DNA from: a virus
IMG/VR virus record: IMGVR_UViG_3300042554_001073
Direction: 5' to 3' (one strand)
Length of the DNA stretch: 64,000 bases
Below, piece after piece: positions 17,334 to 27,560 of this stretch. Under the pieces are notes generated by a model. It made no database searches. It had not been told where the DNA came from and saw only the letters and a program-made list of their open reading frames with translations. Within the stretch, counting starts at the first letter, position 1. Each line of letters opens with the position of its first letter. Made by a program: the position numbers and the translations under genes.

Positions 17334-18803
17334 TCAGAACTTGAACGTCGTCTGGATTACGCCACCCCAGTTAGAGGAGTTGCCAGCAAGACGCTGATTG
17401 TCACTACCGTAGATGATAGCAGGAGTGACGCTGATGTTGTCAGACACTTGGTACTTGTAGAAGATTTCAAGCATCGTGGACTTCTCAAGGTTAGAACCAG
17501 TAGGAGCTTGACCGATAGCAACGCCAGCAGAGTTGCCGTCAACAAACACATCATCCCAAGTCAGACCAGCAAACCAGGATTGACTGTTGGTAGCAGCACT
17601 AGGAGTACCACTCACAGTGTTCCAGCCATAACCACCAGAGATGGAAGGAACCCAACCAGATTCAGTGGGTTGCCAGTATGCGTTGATAGCATAACCGTTA
17701 GAAGTTTGACCAGGAACCAGAGTACCAGAAGCACCATTCAGACCGTTGTAGGTACGAACACGGGTGCCTTCAGTACCATAACGATAACCAAAAGCAGCAC
17801 CCCAGTTATCACCACGATAACCGATTTGAGCCAGAGTGTTGAGAGCACCAGAACGGTCAAACTCACCAGTAGAACTATCGTTACCATTTTGAGCAACGTA
17901 GTTTACACCAGCAACAAGACCTTTCTTACCATACTGGATACCAAAACCAGAACCAGTTGCCTTGTTATACACACCAGGAGCACCTGCTACTTGGAAGAAG
18001 TCAAGAATGTTTGACTTATAAGCAGTAGGAATCCAAGCGATTTCTGTGTTACGAACCAGAGCACCAGCAGTAAGAGTGGTGCTACCGTTGAACATAGGGA
18101 ACTGATAGAACAGACGGTCGATAACTACGTTGTTACCAACTTCGCTGGAAGTATCATCTGCTTTATCCAGTTTGAAGATAGACGAGCTGGAACCGAAAGG
18201 ATTGCTGCTGAAGTTAGCAGAACGAAGACGGGTACGCAGAAGGTCCTTACCAGTGAACGAGGTATCAAGGTTCAGACGCAGATCGTAGTTAAATGCTGTA
18301 CGAGTTACATCGCCACCTTTGGTTTGATAGTTATCAACACCACCGATTACGAAGTTTGCTTCACCACGAAGTTTGGTTGTGGTGGAGAACTGAGTTGCTT
18401 CAAGTTCAGCAACTTGTGCTTCCAGACCATCTACACGACCCTTGAGAACTGCGAGTTCAGCGCCAAATTCATTCAGAAGTGCTTTCAGTTCATCAGTAAC
18501 TTCAGTTACACGATCCAGGCAAGCATTCAGAAGTGCCGCTGCTTCATAACGGGTCATAGCACGACCACCACGGAAGGTGCCGTTAGGATAACCAGCAACG
18601 CAACCATAACGCTCTACGAGGTTAGAGAGTGCCTGATATGCCCAATCAGTAGGTTGAACATCAGAAAATTGAGTGACGCTTGTGACCTGCTCAGAGGAGG
18701 TATATTGGTTGACTGCTGCCATGTTAAGGTCTGCGGCATTCGCAGCAACAGGAGCAACCATACCCAGAGCAACAGGTGCAAGCATCAGTTGTTTGAGTTT
18801 CAT
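17334..18803 (-). CDS. Cyanobacterial Som-type outer-membrane porin (SLH plus beta-barrel)
   Basis: FSDVQPTDWAYQAL..LVERYGC..GYP, TRYEAAALLNACL, QFSTTTKLRGE, terminal TFKF. Confidence 0.95.
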   Translation of the reverse strand: MKLKQLMLAPVALGMVAPVAANAADLNMAAVNQYTSSEQVTSVTQFSDVQPTDWAYQALSNLVERYGCVAGYPNGTFRGGRAMTRYEAAALLNACLDRVTEVTDELKALLNEFGAELAVLKGRVDGLEAQVAELEATQFSTTTKLRGEANFVIGGVDNYQTKGGDVTRTAFNYDLRLNLDTSFTGKDLLRTRLRSANFSSNPFGSSSSIFKLDKADDTSSEVGNNVVIDRLFYQFPMFNGSTTLTAGALVRNTEIAWIPTAYKSNILDFFQVAGAPGVYNKATGSGFGIQYGKKGLVAGVNYVAQNGNDSSTGEFDRSGALNTLAQIGYRGDNWGAAFGYRYGTEGTRVRTYNGLNGASGTLVPGQTSNGYAINAYWQPTESGWVPSISGGYGWNTVSGTPSAATNSQSWFAGLTWDDVFVDGNSAGVAIGQAPTGSNLEKSTMLEIFYKYQVSDNISVTPAIIYGSDNQRLAGNSSNWGGVIQTTFKF

Positions 18804-18897
18804 AAAAGTGTTTTAGTACTAAACGACATTTAGATTATTAAGAATTACAACAGAATTCTTAAGTACTTATTTAGTTTACTACGAACCTTTAACCTTG

Positions 18898-19701
18898 TCA
18901 AGAGTTTTGCTGTTGGGTAAAAGAACTTTCTGTTACTCTTCCAAGATATGGATCATAGTTCATATAATCTTTGATATCAATCTGAGCTCCATTTTGCTGC
19001 CAGAAATTTGATAGGGCATCATAATTTCCTTTATGAAAAGCATCAATGTGTTCAGGATGGATAGATGAACCAAGTTCAATTCTGTAAAGAAGAAGAGGAA
19101 TGCTATAAGTGTTTCCCGAATTGTAAATCAAATCATCTGCTACTGGTCTTGGTTTTACACCATTATCCAGTCTATATTTTTCATCACCTTTGACATGATA
19201 CTTAAGTAGTTTTTTAGCATGGTGTCTAGTGATTAGATAACAAGCGGTAGAAAAATCATTCACAAATCTCTTGTGAAGTTTTACATGAATATCTCCAGTA
19301 CAGATAATGGCAATCTGAACTACATCCCAATCATATGGAATATGTGAGTAGAAATCTTGCCAGGTAAAGTTCCAATACTTTACCAAATCTAAGTTACAAT
19401 CATCCTCCATGATGATAGCATAAGAACTATCAGAGTTTTCATACCAATATTTGATTGCTTTAAGATGTGACGTAATACATCCGATTTCGCCAGATGACAT
19501 CATTTCAGGATAACGACCAGTAATGATATCACTCAAATCATCATCTCTACCATCATAAGCAGAGATTCGTGTATAGTTTTCAATCTCCCAATACTTAAAT
19601 TGAGATTCCATATAATCCCTTCTTTCAATCTGCTCATCAAGATTGATGTAGTATATCGGACCAATATTTTTAAGTTTGAAAGTTGATTTGTTCTTATCCA
19701 T
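18898..19701 (-). CDS. Glycosyltransferase family 25
   Basis: YYINLD...R, EIGC..SH, IMEDD. Confidence 0.85.
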   Translation of the reverse strand: MDKNKSTFKLKNIGPIYYINLDEQIERRDYMESQFKYWEIENYTRISAYDGRDDDLSDIITGRYPEMMSSGEIGCITSHLKAIKYWYENSDSSYAIIMEDDCNLDLVKYWNFTWQDFYSHIPYDWDVVQIAIICTGDIHVKLHKRFVNDFSTACYLITRHHAKKLLKYHVKGDEKYRLDNGVKPRPVADDLIYNSGNTYSIPLLLYRIELGSSIHPEHIDAFHKGNYDALSNFWQQNGAQIDIKDYMNYDPYLGRVTESSFTQQQNS

Positions 19702-20512
19702 TATACTTTTTAAGATAGTCCTGTTTTGAATAATACTCTAATAGTTGCTCTCTATTCATCTGCTGTATTTTTTCCCACTCTTCCATATTAGAAGACATGT
19801 ATGGATTATTGAACCAAGAGTTTTCTCCCCTCGAATGCTCTAGATGATAGACATAATTATTGATTCTACCAACATTATATCCCAGAGTTACAAATCTGTA
19901 AAATCTTTCTTTATCTTCTGGAGCGTATGCTTTAAAGTTTTCATTTTCCATTCCACCATCAATGTAGACTTGGCGGTTAAAGAACTGAACCCAACCAAAA
20001 TCTGATGTATGAACATTCGAATGTTTCTCAAGATAATCAAAGTCTCCAGTTTGTAAAAACTGAGAAACTACTTCATCAGTCGCATTAACTTGTTTCTGAT
20101 ACATTCCTTGCCCATAAGGATATATTACATCATGAGTGTGATGAAGGATTGATTGATATGCTTCGTGATAAGAATCTAACGGAAGTAATACATCACAATC
20201 ATAGTTAACTACTATTTCTGTATCAGTAGAAATGATCATTTCATTTAGAACCTTTTGGCGATGAAATAATGGTTCATCACTTTTTTCAAAGATATGTTGA
20301 ACATCTACATCAACTTCCAAAATATCTTTAAGGATAGGAAGAGCATCTCTTATAAAGATTGACTCTGAATCAACTTCTTTGATTATAATATTTGTATTAA
20401 AGTTTTCAAGAAGAAACGCTGTGGATGTAATAACATTTCGCAGTCTATCTGGAGATTCAATGCGAATTGGAATGATAAAGGTAGCTTTAGATAAATCAAT
20501 TCTAGAATCCAT
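19694..20512 (-). CDS. Galactosyltransferase-like GT (GT7 C-terminal domain)
   Basis: IIPIR...DR, NYDCD, GGMENENF..Y.PED.ER, YHLEH. Confidence 0.75.
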   Translation of the reverse strand: MDSRIDLSKATFIIPIRIESPDRLRNVITSTAFLLENFNTNIIIKEVDSESIFIRDALPILKDILEVDVDVQHIFEKSDEPLFHRQKVLNEMIISTDTEIVVNYDCDVLLPLDSYHEAYQSILHHTHDVIYPYGQGMYQKQVNATDEVVSQFLQTGDFDYLEKHSNVHTSDFGWVQFFNRQVYIDGGMENENFKAYAPEDKERFYRFVTLGYNVGRINNYVYHLEHSRGENSWFNNPYMSSNMEEWEKIQQMNREQLLEYYSKQDYLKKYNG

Positions 20513-21360
20513 CACAAAACAATCCAATCAGAACAATATAGGTCTTTCGTATCTTTGTCAGCATAGGCAGGACCAAACCACATTTTTGGAGCAATCACTT
20601 TCTTATTTGGGTTAGATTGTAACCATGCTCCCCACCAACTCATAGAACTATTGGCAATGATGGCATGTGAACAAAGTGACATCAAACAAAGATCCGTATA
20701 GGGTAAAAAGGATCCATCATCATACTTATACTGAGGTTCCGAAATAAAAAATCTGTCACCAGAGAAAAACTCCTGCTCTTTAACCCAATCAACAGAATCA
20801 GAAAATACAACTACAGGTTGATTTTCATCAAACTCATGTAGTGCCTTTTCATAATATTCCAATGACTGAACTGGATGTTGGTCAGAACAATTTACATATG
20901 CCCATTTAAATCCTCTTGGGTCTACAAGATTTGGATCTCCACGGCGAACATGAAGCATAATGGGTTCTTGACCATCAAACTGTTCTATAAACTCTTTACA
21001 AGGTTCTAAATGCTCATCCAAAAAAGTGAAGTCCTGTCGGATGATATCTGAAATATGCTTGAAATATTTTTCAGACTGAAAAAATCCATAGAGACTTACG
21101 TTGTCGGGACAAGTCTCAAATAGATTTTCGTCAAAATGGAAATGCCCCTCTTGGACATAATTTTCACCTTCAATGTATCCCACAGGAATGTGATCGAATT
21201 TGAAGCATTCGTGAAGACTATAGTTCTCGATTCCTTTATTTTCTGGTGAAGGAATTGTAATGTCATACTGATGTTTTGCTGCGATTCCACGTAGGGCAGC
21301 AAACTCAAACATTTGATTTCCAAGACGACCAAGATGACCTAGATGATTAAAACCTATCAT
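20512..21360 (-). CDS. Alpha-1,2-fucosyltransferase-like GT11
   Basis: GRLGNQMF, YGFFQSEKYF, HVRRGD, IIANSSMSWWGAWL. Confidence 0.9.
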   Translation of the reverse strand: MIGFNHLGHLGRLGNQMFEFAALRGIAAKHQYDITIPSPENKGIENYSLHECFKFDHIPVGYIEGENYVQEGHFHFDENLFETCPDNVSLYGFFQSEKYFKHISDIIRQDFTFLDEHLEPCKEFIEQFDGQEPIMLHVRRGDPNLVDPRGFKWAYVNCSDQHPVQSLEYYEKALHEFDENQPVVVFSDSVDWVKEQEFFSGDRFFISEPQYKYDDGSFLPYTDLCLMSLCSHAIIANSSMSWWGAWLQSNPNKKVIAPKMWFGPAYADKDTKDLYCSDWIVL

Positions 21361-22226
21361 AAGAATTTCAAAAGATTATTTACTCGATTGATGAAGGTAT
21401 GATTTTCTTTAACGTAACTCATTGCCTCTTTCATATTTACACTCTGATTAATCTCCGCTTCCAGAAGATTTTGATATAGTGTTTGTGGGGTTCCACCAAA
21501 AACAACATAATCACCAAGAGCACGTTTTACTAATGGTGAGTTGGTTCCAGTGATTCTACCATAACTAATATTCTTCCACATCCTACATGGAACATATCCA
21601 TGCTGAAGATGAAAATCGCTTCTAAAATCTGGACATAAAAAAGACTCTCTAATGAGATTCCGATTTTCTTCATCACTGGCATTCTGCGTATAAACCATAA
21701 ACTCAACGCCATGATTCTTACTTATGATATTAGCAAACTCCTGTGCCCACCAAGGACCTTGTTCATACAACATTGCGACATAATGTAGTTTTTTTGCTTT
21801 AGGATTAAATACTACATAATCATCAACATCAATCTCACTTGGAAGAAGATCGGTTCCCCATGGTTGATATAATGTTCTAGTTTGACTATCCCAATATGTA
21901 AGATCGGAAATCTTTTCATGGACTTCCTCTCTTGGTAGATAGTTTCCCAGTTTTAAAATATTCTCATAAGGTATTCCTTTTTCAACAAGTTCGCCCTCAG
22001 GAAAATGATGTGTAATATACTTACAATCTTTTCTTATTGGCAGACCTCTCTTTACAGAATCTTCAACAAAAATTAAAGAGTTTGATACATCAACGGAATC
22101 TACATCAGTTGTATCAACCCAATAAGTTTCCCACCCAAGTTCCTTAAAAGCCCTATAGTATCCATTCTGAACATAACTATGAGTCGATGTATGTAACTTA
22201 TGTGCCCAGATTATTACTTTGTTCAT
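21357..22226 (-). CDS. Putative glycosyltransferase
   Basis: C-terminal GT-B-like PCRMWKNISYG...HTFINRV; cluster context. Confidence 0.55.
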   Translation of the reverse strand: MNKVIIWAHKLHTSTHSYVQNGYYRAFKELGWETYWVDTTDVDSVDVSNSLIFVEDSVKRGLPIRKDCKYITHHFPEGELVEKGIPYENILKLGNYLPREEVHEKISDLTYWDSQTRTLYQPWGTDLLPSEIDVDDYVVFNPKAKKLHYVAMLYEQGPWWAQEFANIISKNHGVEFMVYTQNASDEENRNLIRESFLCPDFRSDFHLQHGYVPCRMWKNISYGRITGTNSPLVKRALGDYVVFGGTPQTLYQNLLEAEINQSVNMKEAMSYVKENHTFINRVNNLLKFL

Positions 22227-22969
22227 TCAGAATATTCCCAAGTATCAAAAAAATCTTTATGCTTTTCTTCAAGATATTCTAACTCACTTTGAATAAACTG
22301 CCAAGAGGTTCCGTCACCCTCAATAACAATATCATAATTTATTTTTGAAGTTGCGTTATTGGGATGTTGTCTACCTGTTGTCAGAACATCATTTATAATA
22401 AGAGGCATACCATGTCTCATACGAAGACGATGATACCACTCATGATCCATACTTAGAGATACGTTTGTATCAAAATATTCAATATCCCGATTTCTAATCG
22501 TAATATTTGTAGGACAACCCAAAAGATTATTACCAACTAAAAGATGTTCGGGATATTGAGGAACTCTAGTATCAAAGTAATTAACAGAATCATAAGTATG
22601 ATTAAAAGAATTGACCAACCAATACTTATCACTATTATCCAAGGAGTCTACAATAATTTTAAAAGCGTCTTTAGAATAAAGAAAATCATCACAATGTAAG
22701 ATTTTAATATACTCTCCCTTACACAAATCCATTACAAAATTTGAATTGGCAGACATGCCAATGTACTCAAGATTCTTTTTATAGACAATATTAAATTTAT
22801 CTTCATAAGTCTTACACAATGTTTCTGCCAAATCATTTTTTGAGTTGTCAGAAATAACAACCTCATAATCGGTAAAAGTTTGTTCTAGTATACTATCGAG
22901 ACATTGTTTTAAATAAGACAAATCTCTTTCATCTTTAATATAAGTTGGTATGGCAACAGAGATTTTCAT
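22223..22969 (-). CDS. Glycosyltransferase family 2
   Basis: ISVAIPTY, EVVISDNS, GEYIKILHCDD. Confidence 0.88.
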   Translation of the reverse strand: MKISVAIPTYIKDERDLSYLKQCLDSILEQTFTDYEVVISDNSKNDLAETLCKTYEDKFNIVYKKNLEYIGMSANSNFVMDLCKGEYIKILHCDDFLYSKDAFKIIVDSLDNSDKYWLVNSFNHTYDSVNYFDTRVPQYPEHLLVGNNLLGCPTNITIRNRDIEYFDTNVSLSMDHEWYHRLRMRHGMPLIINDVLTTGRQHPNNATSKINYDIVIEGDGTSWQFIQSELEYLEEKHKDFFDTWEYSE

Positions 22970-23757
22970 AGTAAAGTCCAGTGAGGTAAGTAAAGATCTT
23001 GTGTTGATAAGTGAGAACCACCAGAAGAATACCAGTTCTTAGGAGCAACGACATTCTTAGAATCTGCTAACCATGCTCCCCACCAACTAAATGAACTGTT
23101 GGCAATGATATGATGAGTACACATAGTCATCAAACAAAGGTCCATAAGATTATTGCCAGTTTCAGAAACTAAAAATCTATCTGGTTTAAACAAGTCCTGC
23201 TGCTTACACCAGTCAGTATCATCAGAAAAGATGAGAACTGGAAGACTGCTATCAAATTGTTCCAGTGCTTTTTGGTAGTATTCAAAACTACATTGTCCGT
23301 GAAAAGAGAAATGTTCTGGTTTCAAGTAGTCAGTTCTTCTTACATGTAGAGATATGACTTCATCAAACTCAAATGCTTCTTTGCATGGATTCCAAATTTC
23401 ATCCACAAAAGCGAAGTCTTCACGAATCTGATTTTCAATATTCTTAAAGTATTTTTCTGACTGAAAATATCCGTACAGACTTACATTATCTGGGCAGTTA
23501 TCTACAAAGTCCTGAGAGTAAACATGAGAACAGTTATCAGGTTCTTTATAATAATCTCCCTCAATGTATCCAATATGCGCTACACTAGGTAATTTGAATG
23601 CTTCAAATAATTGATGTTCATTCCACTGATCTCTAAAGTCTGAAGGAGGAATGGTAAACTCATAACCATTGCTAGCAGCAATACCTCTTGTGGCAGCATA
23701 CTGAAACATCTGATTGGCAAGTCTACCATTCTTCCCCAGGTGATTGTATCCAATCAT
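22966..23757 (-). CDS. Alpha-1,2-fucosyltransferase-like GT11 (second paralog)
   Basis: GRLANQMF, YGYFQSEKYF, HVRRTDY, IIANSSFSWWGAWL. Confidence 0.9.
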   Translation of the reverse strand: MIGYNHLGKNGRLANQMFQYAATRGIAASNGYEFTIPPSDFRDQWNEHQLFEAFKLPSVAHIGYIEGDYYKEPDNCSHVYSQDFVDNCPDNVSLYGYFQSEKYFKNIENQIREDFAFVDEIWNPCKEAFEFDEVISLHVRRTDYLKPEHFSFHGQCSFEYYQKALEQFDSSLPVLIFSDDTDWCKQQDLFKPDRFLVSETGNNLMDLCLMTMCTHHIIANSSFSWWGAWLADSKNVVAPKNWYSSGGSHLSTQDLYLPHWTLL

Positions 23758-23758
23758 A

Positions 23759-24466
23759 TTATTCTCCTAATTCAACTCCAGGGGGAAGTCTAAAATGAAA
23801 TCCGAAGGGCATAATACCTTCACACTCAGGAACTCTAACTTCCTGAGAAAATCTAACAGCAACTTCTACTGGAGCATATTTACATCCCTGCTCTAAGAAT
23901 ATGTGTCGATTATGTACACATACATTACCATCCTCGTGGTAATTTACAACTCCTTCTGGCATCCAATAGAAGTCGCTATTGTTTGTTTCCCAAGGAACTT
24001 CAACCTTATTTGGAACATCAAGAAACTTTTTACTTCTCAAAGAAAATCCACCATTACCAACTCGATGATGATTACCAAAAGGATCGATATAAGCGTCTTC
24101 AGCGTATGGCCAAGGAGCACCAATGTAATCATAATTCAACCAATCATTATCCCATTTTTCTGGGAACAAGACAAATCCATCTTGTTGAACTAATAGGCAA
24201 TGAGATGTATCTACATGTTCTCCGAGTTTATAGACAACATAATAGTTGTAATCATTATAACTACTGATTTCAATCTTTGGTTCTTCCAATAAGATACCAT
24301 CGTCCTTGAGAGAATCTTGGTATTGTTCTATATTTTCTGGTGTTGTTATTATCTTAACACTACCATAACTAATACCATTCATACTTGTGTAAACTGCTTG
24401 AATGGTTTCTTCTATTCTATCAGTAGTATCAATTGATATTAAGGTTACTCTATTTAAATCAATCAT
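23759..24466 (-). CDS. DUF5672-like glycan-cluster protein
   Basis: LLVQQDGFV...W...YDYIGAPW, VGNGGFSLRSK, FGFH. Confidence 0.75.
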   Translation of the reverse strand: MIDLNRVTLISIDTTDRIEETIQAVYTSMNGISYGSVKIITTPENIEQYQDSLKDDGILLEEPKIEISSYNDYNYYVVYKLGEHVDTSHCLLVQQDGFVLFPEKWDNDWLNYDYIGAPWPYAEDAYIDPFGNHHRVGNGGFSLRSKKFLDVPNKVEVPWETNNSDFYWMPEGVVNYHEDGNVCVHNRHIFLEQGCKYAPVEVAVRFSQEVRVPECEGIMPFGFHFRLPPGVELGE

Positions 24467-25760
24467 TAGTAAAGGATTCAACAGTTTTGTCAATATAATC
24501 AATCATCTTTTGATTGATAGTGGGAGAGCATCCAAGGAAGAACACTTTGTCTAGAACTTGGTTTGCTTCTGGATATTTAGTGGCATCATCAAGATGACTA
24601 TATCCAGGATGAAGGAGAATATTACCAGCAAAGTAATTTCTAGTTTGGATTTTATTCTTCTCCAAATAAGCAACCAAAGATCTCTTTAGATTTTTATCAT
24701 CGCAAATAATGGGAACTCCAAACCAACTAGTTTCTGCTCCTTCTCTTTCATTAACAACTCTTACTCCAGGAATTTTTTCTACTATTTCCTGAATGGCATT
24801 TTTATTACTTCTACGAATGTTATGAATTTCCTCAAACTTCAAGAGTTGAACTGAACCAACTGCTCCTTGCATATCCAATGGTTTGAGATTGTATCCCATG
24901 TTAGAAAAGACATACTTATGGTCAACAACATCATCATAACTCTCCAACCAAGTATCAAATCTTTTCCCACATACACCATTCGAAAGAAGATTTTGCTGAC
25001 CTACACAATAACAACCTCTACCCCACCAGGCAAAACTGCGGGCAAGGTCAACAATACCTTTTTCATTGGAAGAAACCATTCCACCTTCAATAGTACAAAT
25101 ATGGTGGGCAGGATAGAAAGAACAAGAAGCAGCAATAGCATGGTCCGTAAGATAGTTTCCATACCACTTGCTACCTAGACTATCACAGTTGTCAGCAATA
25201 ATGGCGATACTATTACGTCTACACAAATCAACAAACTTGTTAATGTCATATGGATTGCCAAGAACAGGCGACGAAATAGCAGCAACAGTTCTGTCAGTAA
25301 TCTTATCTGCGATTTGATCAATATCCCAGTTCAAGTCTTCCCAAACAATGTCAACAAAAACTGGTTTTAGACCACATTGAACAATAGGTGCTACAGTTGT
25401 AGCAAACCCACAAGCACAAACAATAATCTCATCACCATCTTTCCACCCAAAATATTTTTTAAGGGCAGCAAACATTACAAGGTTGGCAGAACTTCCAGAG
25501 TTCACCATCACTGAATGTTTGAAGTTAAATTTGTTTGAGAACTCATGTTCAAACTTATTAACCTTTTCTCCAGAAGAAAGCCACTTTCCTTTTAGAACAG
25601 AATGAATAAGTTCTCTTGCTTCTAGATCATCCCAGTATGGTCCAGAATAATAGACACTATCTTTTCCCGCAACGAATTCTTTTTTATTGGCAATGAATGG
25701 AAAGATATCTCCATCCATTTCTTTTGCGGACTCTATGAATTTGTCAATCAGTTGGTACAT
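24459..25760 (-). CDS. rfbH: DegT/DnrJ-family PLP enzyme, RfbH/DdhC (E1)-like NDP-4-keto-6-deoxyhexose 3-dehydratase
   Basis: SFYPAHHICTIEGG (His in place of Lys), GRGCYC...CGKRF, YNLKPLDMQ, TR..FAGNI..HP. Confidence 0.8.
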   Translation of the reverse strand: MYQLIDKFIESAKEMDGDIFPFIANKKEFVAGKDSVYYSGPYWDDLEARELIHSVLKGKWLSSGEKVNKFEHEFSNKFNFKHSVMVNSGSSANLVMFAALKKYFGWKDGDEIIVCACGFATTVAPIVQCGLKPVFVDIVWEDLNWDIDQIADKITDRTVAAISSPVLGNPYDINKFVDLCRRNSIAIIADNCDSLGSKWYGNYLTDHAIAASCSFYPAHHICTIEGGMVSSNEKGIVDLARSFAWWGRGCYCVGQQNLLSNGVCGKRFDTWLESYDDVVDHKYVFSNMGYNLKPLDMQGAVGSVQLLKFEEIHNIRRSNKNAIQEIVEKIPGVRVVNEREGAETSWFGVPIICDDKNLKRSLVAYLEKNKIQTRNYFAGNILLHPGYSHLDDATKYPEANQVLDKVFFLGCSPTINQKMIDYIDKTVESFTND

Positions 25761-26566
25761 AATTCTTCAATGATTTTTTCGATGGAGGTTGTTTGCTCAA
25801 ATCCAAGATTCTTTAACTTAGTGGTATCAAACCAAAAATCTTTTGTTTGTACTAGTTTGTGAAACTCAGGTGCTTCTTTATACTTTACTTGAGATGAAGA
25901 GTTTAGATACTCCTTTGCTGTATTGATTATATCACCAATTGTGGTTGGTTGTCCACTACCGACATTATAAATCTCATTTATATTTCCAGTATCACATATA
26001 AGTTTTATTGCTCTACACACATCATCGACATGCATTACATCTCTTATTGGAGTGCCATCATCATACAAATAAACATCTTCATTATTTTTCAATAGACTTA
26101 CCATATAACTTAAAGCATTCTTTTTTGAAGATGCTTTACCGTCACCAACACCAAGCACATTACAAAGTCTTATTATCCTATACTTTACATTATAAGTTTT
26201 ACAAAAGGAGATTAGTAAATCTTCCGCTGCTTTTTTTGTAATTGAATAAAATCCTGTTGGGGAGCAGGAGTATTCTTCTTTTGCTGGTAATTGAGTTTCC
26301 CCGTAAACAAACCAAGAACTAATAAAATTGAAAGTGATGTTAGAATCTCTACAAAAATCCAAAACTTCACAAAGAACCTTGAGGTTGGTTTCGACATCTA
26401 GAGTGATATTTGAATGAACATTATAATTGTCTACTGTTGAAATCAAATATAAAATATTTTTTGTTCTTGGTTTCCTTTCCTCTCTATTTTGCCTCAAAAC
26501 AAAATCTGGGTAGAGATTACAAAATCTACTACCCACAAATCCAGAAGCACCATATACACTAATCAT
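25748..26566 (-). CDS. NAD-dependent epimerase/dehydratase
   Basis: GASGFVG, YSITK, RDVMHVDD. Confidence 0.88.
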   Translation of the reverse strand: MISVYGASGFVGSRFCNLYPDFVLRQNREERKPRTKNILYLISTVDNYNVHSNITLDVETNLKVLCEVLDFCRDSNITFNFISSWFVYGETQLPAKEEYSCSPTGFYSITKKAAEDLLISFCKTYNVKYRIIRLCNVLGVGDGKASSKKNALSYMVSLLKNNEDVYLYDDGTPIRDVMHVDDVCRAIKLICDTGNINEIYNVGSGQPTTIGDIINTAKEYLNSSSQVKYKEAPEFHKLVQTKDFWFDTTKLKNLGFEQTTSIEKIIEELCTN

Positions 26567-27555
26567 TTCTTCCAATAATCGTAAATATTTTTTTCTACCT
26601 CATACTCCATAACCTTCACTTTTCGGTTTGGTTGTTTCATTGCCCAAACAAACATCGATTTAATCAACTCTTCAAGATTGGTTTCATCTCTAAAGTCCAG
26701 AATAGTTTTTGCTTTTGTATGATCGCAGTATGCGTGTTTAACTTCATGCCTTGGTTCACCATGCTCTATTGGAACTTCATATCCATACTTCTTCCCAATC
26801 TTCTGAACAACTTCAGCAACTTCATTAAGAGTGAAGTATTTGTCCGCACCAATATTGAATATTTCCCCATCATAATCCGTAAGAAGTTTATCAAATGGTT
26901 CCATATAATATTTAATATCAGAGAAAGCACGAGTCTGTTCTCCATCACCATAAACTAAAATAGGTTCTCCATTCAGAGTTTTGCGAATAAAAATGCCGAT
27001 TACATTGCGATACTTGTCCCAAATGTTTTGATAAATGCCAAGAACGTTATGAGGACGAACAATATTATAACGAAGTCCAAACTGCTCATGAGCGAGTTTC
27101 AAATCACATTCAACAGCATACTTTGCCACACCATAAGGATCCACTGGTTGTGGGCGCTTATCTTCGGTAAATGGAGGTTCTTGTTCTCCATATACTGCCA
27201 TACTTGAAGTAAAGATAAACTTCGTATCGTAATTGATACACTCATTGATTAGGTTGGCAGAACAAATAAGATTGTTTCTATAGTTAAAATTACGAATAAA
27301 GGGGGATAATCCTTCCGCAGCATATGCAGCAAAATGAAGAAGAACATCTGGATTATGTTCTTCAAAAAGTTCAGATACTTTTTTTCTTCGCTCCAAATCA
27401 AATTTAACAAAAGTAAATTTTTCTGCTTTAGGAACAAAAGCTTTATATCCACCCGACAGATCATCAATACCAATCACCTCATGCCCATTGGCTAGGAGAT
27501 GTCGTGTATAGTTTGCGCCAAGTAGTCCAGCGCATCCAGTAACAAATATCTTCAT
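26563..27555 (-). CDS. NAD-dependent epimerase/dehydratase (extended SDR)
   Basis: TGCAGLLG, YGVAK, RPHNV.G, RAFSDI. Confidence 0.9.
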   Translation of the reverse strand: MKIFVTGCAGLLGANYTRHLLANGHEVIGIDDLSGGYKAFVPKAEKFTFVKFDLERRKKVSELFEEHNPDVLLHFAAYAAEGLSPFIRNFNYRNNLICSANLINECINYDTKFIFTSSMAVYGEQEPPFTEDKRPQPVDPYGVAKYAVECDLKLAHEQFGLRYNIVRPHNVLGIYQNIWDKYRNVIGIFIRKTLNGEPILVYGDGEQTRAFSDIKYYMEPFDKLLTDYDGEIFNIGADKYFTLNEVAEVVQKIGKKYGYEVPIEHGEPRHEVKHAYCDHTKAKTILDFRDETNLEELIKSMFVWAMKQPNRKVKVMEYEVEKNIYDYWKK

Positions 27556-27560
27556 AACTT

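Noticed and set aside
16753-18833. Long plus-strand ORFs (230, 169, 134 aa) opposite porin and pstS
   Set aside because: Antisense shadows caused by codon bias; Ser/Thr-rich nonsense composition.
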